Source: Reclinomonas americana ATCC 50394 (lineage: Eukaryota). From it: a stretch of 44,839 nucleotides of DNA. Position numbers and translations under genes: made by a program. The notes under the pieces are model-generated. The model saw only the letters and a program-made list of their open reading frames with translations, ran no database searches and had not been told where the DNA came from. Location: assembly GCA_048213135.1 (NCBI GenBank), contig PS015257.1, forward strand, positions 71,835 through 116,673, in the 5' to 3' direction. Shown here in pieces: positions 13,109 to 25,898 of the stretch (positions are counted from its first letter, which is position 1; each line of letters opens with the position of its first letter).

Positions 13109-14982
13109 TCAACGCTGCACCTTCTTCAGGGAGATGCCAAACGCAGTCGCCGGCGACAGCGACGGGTCCTCCACAGGCTTCTGCGCTGCTTGCACTGGCG
13201 CGGGCGCCGGTGCCTTGGGGGCGGGGGCTGCGGGAGCAGGGGCTGTTGAGGCGGGGGAGGGATGAGTCGCATGTGGAAAGAGACAGAGAGTGAGCACGGG
13301 TACAAACCTCGGGCAACAGGGGCCGGGAGCGAAGGCGCTGCCGATTTGGCGGGTGACGATTGGCGGACGGGGGCCACGACCGGCACTGGAGCCGGCATGC
13401 GCGAGGCCGGTGCGGAATACGACGACGACGATGATGATGAGGACGACGAGGAGGAGGCAGCCGCAGCACGAAGGGACTGGCGCTGTGCCTCGAGGCTGGA
13501 GAGGGGAGGGATGAGGGGAGTGCGGGGGAAGAGCAAAGGGGGGAAAGTAAGAGGGGGTAGGGAAGAGGGGGAAGTGAACGGAAAAGGGAAGGCGAAGGGG
13601 GAGGAGCATGGGGGGAGGAGCAAAGGGGGAAGANNNNNNNNNNNNNNNNNNNNNNNNNNNNNNNNNNNNNNNNNNNNNNNNNNNNNNNNNNNNNNNNNNN
13701 NNNNNNNNNNNNNNNNNNNNNNNNNNNNNNNNNNNNNNNNNNNNNNNNNNNNNNNNNNNNNNNNNNNNNNNNNNNNNNNNNNNNNNNNNNNNNNNNNNNN
13801 NNNNNNNNNNNNNNNNNNNNNNNNNNNNNNNNNNNNNNNNNNNNNNNNNNNNNNNNNNNNNNNNNNNNNNNNNNNNNNNNNNNNNNNNNNNNNNNNNNNN
13901 NNNNNNNNNNNNNNNNNNNNNGAAAGGGGAAGAGCAAAGGGGGAAGAGCAAAGGGGGAAGAGCAAAGGGGGAGGAGCAAAGGGGGAGGAGCAAAGGGGGA
14001 AGAGCAAGGGGGGAAGAGCAAGGGGGAAGAGCATGGGGGAAGAGCAAGGGGGGAAGAGCAAGGGGGGAAGAGCAAGGGGGAAGAGAAAGGAGGAAGGGAA
14101 AGAGGAAGGGGAGGGTAACGGAAATGAAACAGGCAGAGAAGACAAAAGAAATGGTTTTATGAGTGACGCAAACAGACAAAGAGAATAGAAGCTTGAGGAG
14201 ACGAAGAGCGCAGGGATGTGATAACACAGTCCAGAATGGCAGAGAGAGAATAAGGAAAGTCGACGAAGAGTGAGATGACTTGGGAGAAGGAGACACTGAA
14301 CTGAATCTAACACTACGGTTCATAGTAAACGCAACATCGAATTCAGCTCGCGGCTGAGAATGGCGAACGACGAATCAATGGCGCTCACATCGGCACCACC
14401 AGCTGCACCACCGCTGCCGCCACTGCTTCCAGACGATGCTGTGAACAGCACGCGGTCAACGGTTAGCCGCACAGAAGGATACATCCCATGTTATCACTGC
14501 GTCCGCACCTTGCGCCAACTGGCTGCGCAGCTGTGACACCTCGTCTTCCAGCGAGCGAACGCGATTGCGGAGGTCGGAGGCCTGCGCGTCGCAGAACAGA
14601 GATGGCGTGAATGACGGCAAGAGAATTGAGAGTATGGAAGCCCAACGAGTATCGAGGTGAACGAGAGGGCACATGGAGAAAATAAGCAAAGAGATTCGAA
14701 GAGGACACCATTTACAACAAGCAAAACGGGCTCTCCAATCTCGCACAAGCTCACAAACACACCTCCGATTTTGCGCGCTCAAGATCGCTGCGCAGCTGAC
14801 TGGCCGTGCTGTCGTTCGACTTGCGCATGCGCTCCGCTTCAGCGTTCATGTCTGGACACGAGTGAATGAGTCACTGCGATGCAGTCGACGAAAGAATGGA
14901 TACATGACTGACCGCGCTCGCGATCGTTCAGCCGCTTCTCGCGCTGCTCGAGCTCCTTTCGTCGCTCCTCCAGTTCCTTGGA
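13109..14982 (-). CDS. Coiled-coil plus Pro/Ala/Ser-rich protein ending AFGISLKKVQR (5' partial)
   Basis: Six exons splice in frame: SKELEERRKELEQREKRLNDRER / DMNAEAERMRK.. / ASDLRNRVRSLEDEV.. / ..SRELNS|ILEAQRQSL.. / APAPAAPAPK..FGISLKKVQR*. Confidence 0.7.
13520..14085. repeat. ~14-bp GGGGGAAGAGCAAA minisatellite in intron 13496-14335, spanning a gap
   Basis: Direct reading on both sides of the N run. Confidence 0.85.
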
Positions 14983-15033
14983 CTGAGCGGGGGAGAGCAT
15001 GAAGGTGAGGTGAAGGGCGGCGACATAATCAGC

Positions 15034-15116
<83 letters not shown>

Positions 15117-15119
15117 AGA

Positions 15120-15166
<47 letters not shown>

Positions 15167-15471
15167 AGAGAGAGAGAAGAAGAAGAAGNNNNNNNNNNNN
15201 NNNNNNNNNNNNNNNNNNNNNNNNNNNNNNNNNNNNNNNNNNNNNNNNNNNNNNNNNNNNNNNNNNNNNNNNNNNNNNNNNNNNNNNNNNNNNNNNNNNN
15301 NNNNNNNNNNNNNNNNNNNNNNNNNNNNNNNNNNNNNNNNNNNNNNNNNNNNNNNNNNNNNNNNNNNNNNNNNNNNNNNNNNNNNNNNNNNNNNNNNNNN
15401 NNNNNNNNNNNNNNNNNNNNNNNNNNNNNNNNNNNNNNNNNNNNNNNNNNNNNNNNNNNNNNNNNNNNNNN

Positions 15472-15584
<113 letters not shown>

Positions 15585-15673
15585 TTCTGCGTAAATATGT
15601 TACGGACTCGAAGAATGAAAACGCGTTTCACAAGAAAAGACTAATGATACGAAAGTGGAGAAGTCACAGTGAA

Positions 15674-18600
15674 TCAACACGACAAAAGGAAGAGTTGATC
15701 TCCGCCTGCCACAAGCTTGGTGCCGTCAAAGCTGTAGCTGACTGCCGCCCAATTGCCACTGGAGCCACGGGGCAACCACGTTACGCCAAAATCGGTGGAG
15801 GTGTAAATCTGACCAGGATTCACCGCGGCCACCAGCTTTGAGCCATCACCGCTCGAGGCCACCGACCACCACTGGCGACTGGAATCACGAGCAGTCCATG
15901 TCAGACCAGAATCAGCGGAAGTGTAAATCTGACCGCCGTCCACGACGGCCACCAGTTTGCTGCCGTCACTGTTGGAGGCTACTCCCCTCCAGATGCGATT
16001 GGAATCACGAGCAGTCCACGTAACACCAGAGTTGGTGGACGTGTAGACCTGCCCGCCGCCCGCCACGGCCACCAGCTTGGTGCCGTCATTGTTGGAAGCC
16101 ACAGCCAGCCAGTTGCGATTGGAATCACGGGCTGTCCATGTTACACCAGAATCAGTGGAGGTGTAGATCTGACCACCGTTCACGCAAGCCACCAGCTTGG
16201 TGCCGACATCGTTGGAAGCCACAGCCTGCCAGTAGCGACTGGTATCGCGCGCAGTCCACGTAATGCCAGAGTCTGAGGATGTGTATATCTGGCCAGGAAG
16301 CACCACAGCCACCAGCTTGGTGCCGTCACGGCTGGAGGCCACTGCTGTCCACAGGAGAGTGGGACCACGCGCTGTCCACGTCACTCCAGAGTTCGCAGAG
16401 ATGTAAATCTGACCAGAGTTCACCACAGCCGCCAGCTTGGTGCCGTTACTGCTGGAGGCCATTGATCGCCAGCCCCCACTAACGATCACATTTAGTCCTT
16501 GGGTCGCTCCCTTCCAAGTCACACCAAAGTCAGCGGAGGTGTACATCTGACCGTAGTCCGCAACGGCCACCTGATTATGTCCACTTAAGCTGGAGGCCAC
16601 TCCAGTCCACACGCGACTGGAATCACGGGCCGACCACGTCACACCTAAATCGGCGGAGGTGTAGATCTGACCACCCCTCACTGCAGCCACGAGACTGGTA
16701 GCAGTATCGCCGAAGCTGTACGCCACTGCGACCCAGTTGCGATTGGAGTCACGAGCCGTCCATGTCACACCAGAGTCAATGGAGGTGTAGATCTGACCAC
16801 CATTCACACAAGCCACCATCTTGTTACCACCATAGCTGGAGGCCACTGCAGTCCAGTTCCGACTGGAATTTCGAGCCGTCCACGAAACACCAGAGTCAGT
16901 CGAGGTGTAGATCTGACCGCCGTCCACCGTTGCCACCAGGATAGCGCTGTTATAGTTGGAGGCCATTGCATTCCAGTTGCGTATTGATTCGCGAGCTGTC
17001 CAAGTCACGCCGGAGTCACTGGAAGTGTAGATCTGACCGCCGTATACAACAGCCACCAGCTTCGTGCCGTCACCGCTAGAGGCCACTGCACGCCAATTGC
17101 GAATGGAATCACGAGCCGTCCACGTCACGCCGGCGTCCGTAGAAGTGTAGATACGGCCATTCTGCACCACAGCCACCAAGTTGGTGCCAGCATCGCCGGA
17201 GGCCACAGCCTTCCATGCACGACTAGATTCCCGAGCAGTCCACGTCGCACCAGCGTCCGTAGACGTGTAAATCTGACCACCGGCGACAACAGCGACCAGG
17301 TAGGTGCCATCTATGTTGGCAGCAACTCCCTGCCAATTACCAACAAATCCAACCGAAACGCTCACAGCGCAATTTTGAATTGCAGGTGTCGAGCACGTGG
17401 ACCCTGATCACACATACGCCACAGCATTAAGAAAACAGCAAATACAAGCCTACAGAAAAAATGCATTACTCACCTGTGTACGCACTCGTACAACTGCACA
17501 CTCCATCTAAACCACATGTACCGTGTCCAGAGCACGTCACAGATGGACTGCAGTTGCAGCTGGTATTCGTGTAGTCGCCCGTGCAGACACACGCCCCCGT
17601 TGTTGAGTTGCACGTGCCATGTCCAGAGCACGTCGTCGCCGCCACACAATTCACGTTGCATGATGTGCCGTAGTAGTCGGCAGCGCATGCACAAGCGCCG
17701 TTGGTGTTACATGTGCCATGACCAGAGCACGTCGTGCTGGGACTGCAGTTGCAGCTGCCATTGGTGTAGTCGCCAGTGCACAGACACGTGCCGTCACTTT
17801 TGCAAGTTCCATGTCCAGAGCACGTCGTCGCCACCATACAGTTCACGTTGCACGATGCACCGTAATAGTCAGCATTGCACTGACATGTACCGTCACTCTT
17901 GCACGTTCCATGTCCAGAGCACGTTGTCGCCGCCACACAGTTCACGTTGCACGATGCACCATAATAGTCAGCATTGCACTGGCATGTGCCGTCACTCTTG
18001 CACGTTCCGTGTCCAGAGCACGTCGCCGACGGACTGCAATTGCAGCTGGCATTCGTGTAGCCGCTCGCGCACTGANNNNNNNNNNNNNNNNNNNNCACGT
18101 GCCGTCACCCAGGCACGTTCCGTGACCAGAGCACGTCACCGATGGACTGCAGTTGCAGCTGGCATTCGCATAGTCGCCCGTGCACTGGCACGTGCTGTCA
18201 CCCAGGCACGTTCCGTGACCAGAGCATGTGACGGTGGGACTGCAGTTGCAATCGCCGTTGGTATAGTCGTCCGTGCACGTGCATGAGCCGTCGACGAGGT
18301 CGAGTGTACCGTGACCCCAGCAGGCGACGCACGTGCCGAGATCCATGGTGTAAATCTGACCGTCGAACACAGTCGCCGCCAGCTTCGTGTCGTCGCTGCT
18401 GAAGGCCACTGCACTCCAGTTGCGACTGGAATCACGCGCCGTCCACGTCACACCAGAATTCGTGGACGTGTACATCCGTCCACCTAGCTCAACAGCCACC
18501 AGCTGCGTGCCATCACCACTGGAGGCCACTGCAGTCCAATTGCGATCGGAATCACGCGCTGTCCACGTCCCACCAGAGTCGGTGGAGGTGTAGATCTGAC

Positions 18601-21244
18601 CACCACCGCCCACCACAGCCGCCAGCTTGCTGCCGTCACTGCTGGAGGTCACAGACACCCATCCGCGACTGGATTCGCGAGCCGTCCACGTCACACCGGA
18701 ATCCGAGGAGACGTAGATACGACCCTGTTCCTCCACGCCCACCAATTTTGTGCCGTCGCTACTGGAGGCCACTGCAGTCCAGTTGCGATCGGAGTCGCGA
18801 GCCGTCCACGTCGCGCCGGCGTCCGTGGAAGTGTAGATCTGACCACCTTGCTCAGCAGCCACCAGCCGGGTACCGTCACTGCTCGAGGCCACTGCCTTCC
18901 AGTTGCGAACCGCCTCATGTGCAGACCACGTCACGCCAGAGTCAATGGACGTGTAAATCTGTCCATGGTGCTCGACAGCCACCAAATTCATGCCGTCGAC
19001 ACTGGAGGCCACAGATCGCCAGTCGCGACTGGAATCACGAGTCGTCCACGTCACGCCAGAGTCCGCGGAGGTGTAGATCAGGCCGTTCTGCTCCACGGCC
19101 ACCAGCTTGGTGGCGTCGCTGCTCGAGGCAACCGACTGCCATTTGCCAACAGGTCCGAGACCGCGAGCAAAGCAGTCGACCGAGCACGTAGATCCTGCAC
19201 GTGAAGAACAACACATCAACACAACGAAACTCTCACGACATAATAAACTGACCAAAACACTTACCGCTCCACGGACTCGTGCAACTGCACGTGCCATCGG
19301 CACCGCAAATACCATGCCCAAAGCATGTCGTGGCCGCCACACAGTGCACGCTACATGCAGCACCGTAGTAGTCAGTGTCACACTGACACGTGCCGTCACC
19401 CAGGCACGTTCCGCGACCCGAGCACGTGACGGTGGGACTGCAGTTGCAGCTCGCGTTGGTGTAGTCGTCCGCGCACAGGCATGAGCCGTCGACGAGGTCG
19501 AGTGTGCCGTGACCCGAGCACGCCGAACACGTGTCGAGATCCATGGTGTAAATCTGACCGTCGAACACAGTCGCCACCAGCTTGCTACCATCACTGCTAG
19601 AGGTCACTGCGCTCCAGTTGCGACTGGAGTCACGCGCCGTCCATGTCACGCCAGAATCAGTGGACGTGTACATCCGTCCACCTTGCTCAACCGCCACCAG
19701 CTGCGAGCCGTCATCGCTGGAAGCTATGGACTTCCAGTCACGACTGGAATCACGCGCCGTCCACGTCAAGCCCGAGTCGGTGGAGGTGTAGATCTGACCG
19801 CCACCGCCCACCACAGCCGCCAGCTTGCTGCCGTCACTGCTGGAGGTCACAGACACCCATCCGCGACTGGATTCGCGAGCCGTCCACGTCACACCGGAAT
19901 CCGAGGAGACGTAGATACGACCCTGTTCCTCCACGCCCACCAATTTTGTGCCGTCGCTACTGGAGGCCACTGCAGTCCAGTTGCGGCTGGAACCGTGAGC
20001 CGTCCACGTCACGCCCGAGNNNNNNNNNNNNNNNNNNNNGTGGAGGTGTAGATCTGACCACCTTGCTCAGCAGCCACCAGCCGGGTACCGTCACTGCTCG
20101 AGGCCACTGCCTTCCAGTTGCGAACAGCCTCATGTGCAGACCACGTCACGCCAGAGTCAGTGGACGTGTAAATCTGTCCATGGTGCTCGACAGCCACCAA
20201 ATTCATGCCGTCGACACTGGAGGCCACAGATCGCCAGTCGCGACTGGAATCACGAGCCGTCCACGTCACGCCAGAGTCCGTGGAGGTGTAGATCAGGCCG
20301 TTCTGCTCCACGGCCACCAGCTTGGTGGCGTCGCTGCTCGAGGCAACCGACTGCCATTTGCCAACAGGTCCGAGACCGCGAGCAAAGCAGTCGACCGAGC
20401 ACGTAGATCCTGCACGTGAAGAACAACACATCAACACAACGAAACTCTCGCGACGTAATAAACTGACCAAAACACTTACCGCTCCACGGACTCGTGCAAC
20501 TGCACGTGCCATCGGCACCGCAAATACCATGCCCAAAGCATGTCGTGGCCGCCACACAGTGCACGCTACATGCAGCACCGTAGTAGTCAGTGTCACACTG
20601 ACACGTGCCGTCACCCAGGCACGTTCCGCGACCCGAGCACGTGACGGTGGGACTGCAGTCGCAGCTCGCGTTGGTGTAGTCGTCCGCGCACAGGCATGAG
20701 CCGTCGACGAGGTCGAGTGTGCCGTGACCCGAGCACGCCGAACACGTGTCGAGATCCATGGTGTAAATCTGACCGTCGAACACAGTCGCCACCAGCTTGC
20801 TACCGTTACTGCTGGAGGCCACTGCGCTCCAGTTGCGACTCGAGTCACGCGCCGTCCATGTCACACCAGAATCAGTGGACGTGAACATCCGTCCACCTTG
20901 CTCAACCGCCACCAGCTGCGTGCAGTCATCGCTGGAAGCTATGGACTTCCAGTCACGACTGGAATCACGCGCCGTCCACGTCAAGCCCGAGTCGGTGGAG
21001 GTGTAGATCTGACCGCCACCGCCCACCACAGCCGCCAGCTTGCTGCCGTCACTGCTGGAGGTCACAGACACCCATCCGCGACTGGATTCGCGAGCCGTCC
21101 ACGTCACACCGGAATCCGAGGAGACGTAGATATGACCCTGTTCCTCCACGCCCACCAATTTTGTGCCGTCGCTACTGGAGGCCACTGCAGTCCAGTTGCG
21201 GCTGGAACCGTGAGCCGTCCACGTCGCGCCCGAGTCCGTGGAAG
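15674..21244 (-). CDS. Large EGF-like (CSGHGTC) + BNR/Asp-box beta-propeller repeat protein (5' partial)
   Basis: ~39-aa repeats W..VASSSDGTKLVA...GGQIYTSTDSGVTWTARDSSRN in blocks of about 7, and about 14 in the last exon, alternating with tenascin-like EGF repeats. Three 70-nt phase-1 introns: 17404-17473, 19195-19264, 20410-20479. Confidence 0.88.
18165..21244. repeat. Near-identical ~1198-bp tandem module (2 EGF + intron + 7-blade propeller), at least 2.5 copies
   Basis: ATCCATGGTGTAAATCTGACCGTCGAACACAGTCGCC recurs at 18341, 19539 and 20754 (the last spacing is inflated by a 20-N gap); the intron copies are almost identical. Confidence 0.9.
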
Positions 21245-21811
21245 NNNNNNNNNNNNNNNNNNNNNNNNNNNNNNNNNNNNNNNNNNNNNNNNNNNNNNNN
21301 NNNNNNNNNNNNNNNNNNNNNNNNNNNNNNNNNNNNNNNNNNNNNNNNNNNNNNNNNNNNNNNNNNNNNNNNNNNNNNNNNNNNNNNNNNNNNNNNNNNN
21401 NNNNNNNNNNNNNNNNNNNNNNNNNNNNNNNNNNNNNNNNNNNNNNNNNNNNNNNNNNNNNNNNNNNNNNNNNNNNNNNNNNNNNNNNNNNNNNNNNNNN
21501 NNNNNNNNNNNNNNNNNNNNNNNNNNNNNNNNNNNNNNNNNNNNNNNNNNNNNNNNNNNNNNNNNNNNNNNNNNNNNNNNNNNNNNNNNNNNNNNNNNNN
21601 NNNNNNNNNNNNNNNNNNNNNNNNNNNNNNNNNNNNNNNNNNNNNNNNNNNNNNNNNNNNNNNNNNNNNNNNNNNNNNNNNNNNNNNNNNNNNNNNNNNN
21701 NNNNNNNNNNCTGTGTGACGCTCGCTCTTCACCGCAATGTGGAATCCATTTTCACCCTTTCCCCTCCCCCCTTACCCTTCCCCTCCTTCTCCCCCTTCTT
21801 GCCCTCCTCAG

Positions 21812-24479
21812 ACACCAGCGGCTCCATGTGCGTCTCCACCGAGGTCCGCGGCAAGATCAAGCTCAAGGGCGTCAAGGACACCACCTCCACATTCGCCGAG
21901 TTCCTGCGCGAGGACGGCGAGCAGTGGATGCCCGGTCAGAGCCGCGAAGTCACCTACGTCTCCCGACTGCAGGCCGTCAAGGCGGCCGTCGAGTCGCAAG
22001 TGGAGGACATGGTGGCCAAGCATCCGCGCCGTCGTGCTGGTCTCGGTGAGTTTTTTTCTGGGAAGGCGTGACTATTTTCAATGCTCGGTTGTCCTCATTT
22101 CTTCGGCAGTCACCTTCTCCAACGGCGTCAATCTGCTCGGCGACGGCTCCAAGGACCCGCAATCGCTGCCCGAGGACATTCTCTCCGACTTTGACTCGCT
22201 GGTGGAGCGTGGTGAGGAGGTGGCCGACACGCTGATGGGCAAGAGTGTGGCCGAGACGCACGAGACGCTGGTCAGTCGGTTGTATGAGCTGGAGGATGGA
22301 GGTATGTGTGTGGGGGCAAAGGGCGAAGGAGAGAAACGAAGGAGAGACGCAATATTATTGGAAGTGAGTGAACGCAGAGGCAGCGACGATTGAGAAGGAG
22401 ATGAGCAGAAAGAAGCCGCTTGCTGAAGTGAGGAAAGATATTCGGCACACAGACTTCAAACGTGATAGGGTCGGAAGTGAGAGAAAGCAGCGAGCGTAAA
22501 CAGCCTGCATTCGCGAGATTGTCGGAAGCGTGAGAATCGAGGAGGACATTGACTCCAAAACGACAGTGGCTAACAGGCTTGAATGAAGTTGACAGAGGGC
22601 GAGAGAAACAGAGAGATCCTGAGAGACCAGACCTCACGACACAGACGAAGAGACACAGACACCAACAAGCCCTTCGACCGTCAGAGACCGCCGCAAGCGA
22701 GAGAAAACGCCGAGAAGCAGTCGCTCTTTCCTCTTCCCCTCTCCCTTCCCTCCTCACTCCTCTACCTCGACCCACAGGTCAAACCGCCCTGGGACCCGCC
22801 CTGCTGACCGCCGTGGCCATGGCCAACCAGATTGGCTCGCAAGTCATTCTGTGCACTGACGGTGCGCATTCAGCCACCAATTACTCCTCTCACATTTTTG
22901 GAAGTCTCACTCCCTTTCCTTCTCCTTCTCCTTTCCCCTTCTCCCCCTTTCCCCCATTCCTCTTCCCCCTTCCCCAGGTCTTGCCAACGTTGGTCTCGGC
23001 TCCCTGGAGGACCTGAAGACCGACGAGGAGCGCGAGGCCGTCGACCAATTCTACCAACAGATCGGCCAGCTGGCACAGCAAAAGGGTGTGTCGGTCAGTG
23101 TCGTCTCCATCACCGGCACCGACTGCCGCCTCGAGAAGCTGGTGAGACGCCTCTCTCTCTTTCTCCTCTCTCCCCTCCATTGCTGCTCAAGATCCTCTTT
23201 TCGTAGGGCTCCGTGGCCGACGTCACCGGCGGCTCGGTCAACGTGGTCGACCCGCTGCAACTCATTCGCGAGTTTGCCAACATTCTCGCGCTTCCGGTGG
23301 TCGCCACGCGTGTGCAAGTACGACTGATTCTGCGCAAGGGATTCTCGCTGCTCAACGAGGAGCCGAGCGAGTCCGACCACGTCTACTGCGCCGATGTCGG
23401 CAACGTCACTGTTGCGCTCGCCGTCAATCACTCGTGAGTCGTGCTCCTTTCGCTGACCATCGCCATCCGCAGTCGGAGACCGAGACCGTGTATGAGTACC
23501 TGCCGAAGCCGGAGTGCATGGAGGCACTGAAGGCGCTCAAGCAGATCTCGTTCCAGGCGCAAATCACCTACACTCGTCCCGACGGCTCGCAAGTCTGCCG
23601 CACCATCACCAAGGTGCAGCAGGTCACCGAGGCGCAGGAGGTGGCCGAGAGCGACGTCGATGTGACGCTGCTCGGTGCCAACCTGGTGCAGCAGACCGCC
23701 AAGATGGTGCGTGACGCGCAGAGAGTGATGATGAAGCATGTCACTCATAGCTGTTGTTGACACAGGCGATGCGTGGCGAGTACCGCGAGGCGCAGGCGAA
23801 TGCGCGCGTGTGGATGGACTACGTGGGCAGTGTGGGAGCGTTGCGTCTTGTTGTGAGAGCAGCGCGATGCTCTAGATCTGTTCGTTTCTGTTGCTTACCC
23901 TGTGCGGGCAGTCGTCGTGGCGTGGAGCAGAATGTGCTCTCCAACGTGTTTGCCGCCTCACGCGAGATCGACGATGAGCTGGAGCGTGAGATGGAGACGG
24001 AACGCAGCGAAGGTACTTGCAGCTCGTTCTCGACGTGCGATTCTTGTGCCTTTTTGTTCTCATCGCATCACGACCAGGTCTTGAAATGGCCGCGGACGCG
24101 CCGCGCGCGGCTGTCTCCAAAGCTCGCAGCAACCGCCGTGGCGATGCCGCCGCTCGCGTGCTCTACAATGCGTGCGTCTCTTGTGTTTCTTGGTGATTGA
24201 CTGTGCGGTGGACTCATTCTCGTGTGTCGCACAGCAAGAAGAAGTCGACCAGTGCGCTCAGCTCCGCCGTGCCACGCGGCGCGGTGCCGAATGTTGACGA
24301 CGATGACGATGTGCCACTGGTGCGTTGCTGTTTTTTTGAGGGGTATGCTTGCTTGTTGACGTGGACGTCTCATGAATGCCCGCGCGCCACAGGCTTCGGC
24401 CGGCTCAAGCCTCGCACCACCGCGTCTGTTCCAGCAAAACCGCGTGCAGCACCAGAAGCGCGAGGAGGAGGAGGAGTAA
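21812..24479 (+). CDS. von Willebrand factor A (MIDAS) protein resembling the vWA part of circularly permuted Ras proteins (5' partial)
   Basis: DTSGSMCVSTEV, YVSRLQAVK, LEDGGQTALGPAL, VILCTDGLANVGLGSL, LADVTGGSV-like segment. Ten in-frame introns; stop TAA after ..QKREEEEE. Confidence 0.78.
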
Positions 24480-25420
24480 GGAGAGTTAAAGAGAGTAGTG
24501 AATTATCAACAGTCGTTTTGAAGTGACCGAAGGGGGTGATAGAGTGGAGCGAGTGGGTTGCGATTCGTTGCTGCTCTTTTCTGGTTGGGTGGACGTACAC
24601 TCCTCGGTCTCTGAGTTGGGTTGTCAGACATGCACTCCTCGGTCTCTGGGTTTGGCTGGTACACAAGCATGTGCATTGGGACTTCTGCTTGTCGCGGCGA
24701 ATGAGTTCACGTGCAGCGAGACGGCATCTATCCCGAGAGGAGGTGTGTCATGGTTTCACAGTTAGATGAGTGCATGGGCAAGTGATAGAGAAAGAAGGGC
24801 AGGAGGGCAAGTGATCGCACTGTTTCTGCGATGTCTCCGTTTCTGGTGTCTCCTCAACGCCCTTACGCAGCTGTGCGGCAAGTTGATACTGTTTGCGGCA
24901 GGATTGATTTCTCTTGCAGAGTCGTCAGCAGTACATTCTGACTCTCTTCTGTTGCTTCAGATCGCGTCTCCGTTTCTAGTGTCTCCTCAACGCAGTGATC
25001 TTTTCGCACCTGTGCTGCAGGTTGGATTGTTCAATTCTGATCAAGTTGATAGTGGTTTCTCTTGCAGACCCCCCAACATCACATTCGCCTCTCTTCTATG
25101 GTTGCAGAGGGTGTCCCAGTTGTACTACGTGTCTCAGCGTGTTGTAGTTTGCATCGGTGTTGTCCTTGCGTCGATCGAGAAAGGAAGTTATCGCATACTG
25201 CAGATATATTACCCCGGTATTCCACTCAAGATTTAAAGCACAAGACACGACGGGCGATGCTCCACGCACTGCCTCTCTAATGTACACACGCCATGCAGCA
25301 CGCAACCCAGTCCATCCCATTTTGACCCCGCTGCACCTCCGCAAGTCGCGCAGCTCTCGATTTCCGGACTCCGAACACCCAATTTGCACACACGCGAGAT
25401 AAAGGAGGAAGGCGGGAGGA

Positions 25421-25859
25421 ATGCCTCGCATAGCTCCGCACCACCTCCTCCGCGCCCTCTACATCCTCATCCTCATCGCCGCCTCTCTGCTTGTCTCTGC
25501 CGCCATTATCCCACTGGTGGCTCCGCGCGATCGCAGTCCCTTTGGGGGCACACCGCCTCCCTCCTCCGTCTCCACACACCTCTCGCGCCCGTTCCTCATT
25601 GCGGAGAACGCGGGGAGTGGAGGAGGAGGAGGAGGTGTTGCGTGTGAGCGCGAGTCAAGACATGCGTATAAAAAGTGGAGGAGAGAGGAGGCAAAGGAGG
25701 AGGAGGAGGATTGGTGGTGGGATGCGGTGGTTAGTCTGTTGTATGGGCCCACGACGTGGAAGGAGTTGCGTGAGAGAAGAGAGAGAGAGAGGGAGGGAGG
25801 GAGAGGGCGAGGAGAAGGAGTTGAGAGAAACCAAGGCCGATTGGAGTTGTGATCGGAAG

Positions 25860-25898
<39 letters not shown>

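Noticed and set aside
15674-21244. Regular ~117-bp periodicity as a CRISPR-like array
   Set aside because: Variation is mostly synonymous within a continuous ORF, so these are protein repeats with no unique spacers.
24834-25065. Short imperfect duplication (TCTCCGTTTCT(G/A)GTGTCTCCTCAACGC x2, CAAGTTGATA x2)
   Set aside because: Two degenerate intergenic copies with no ORF or element ends.
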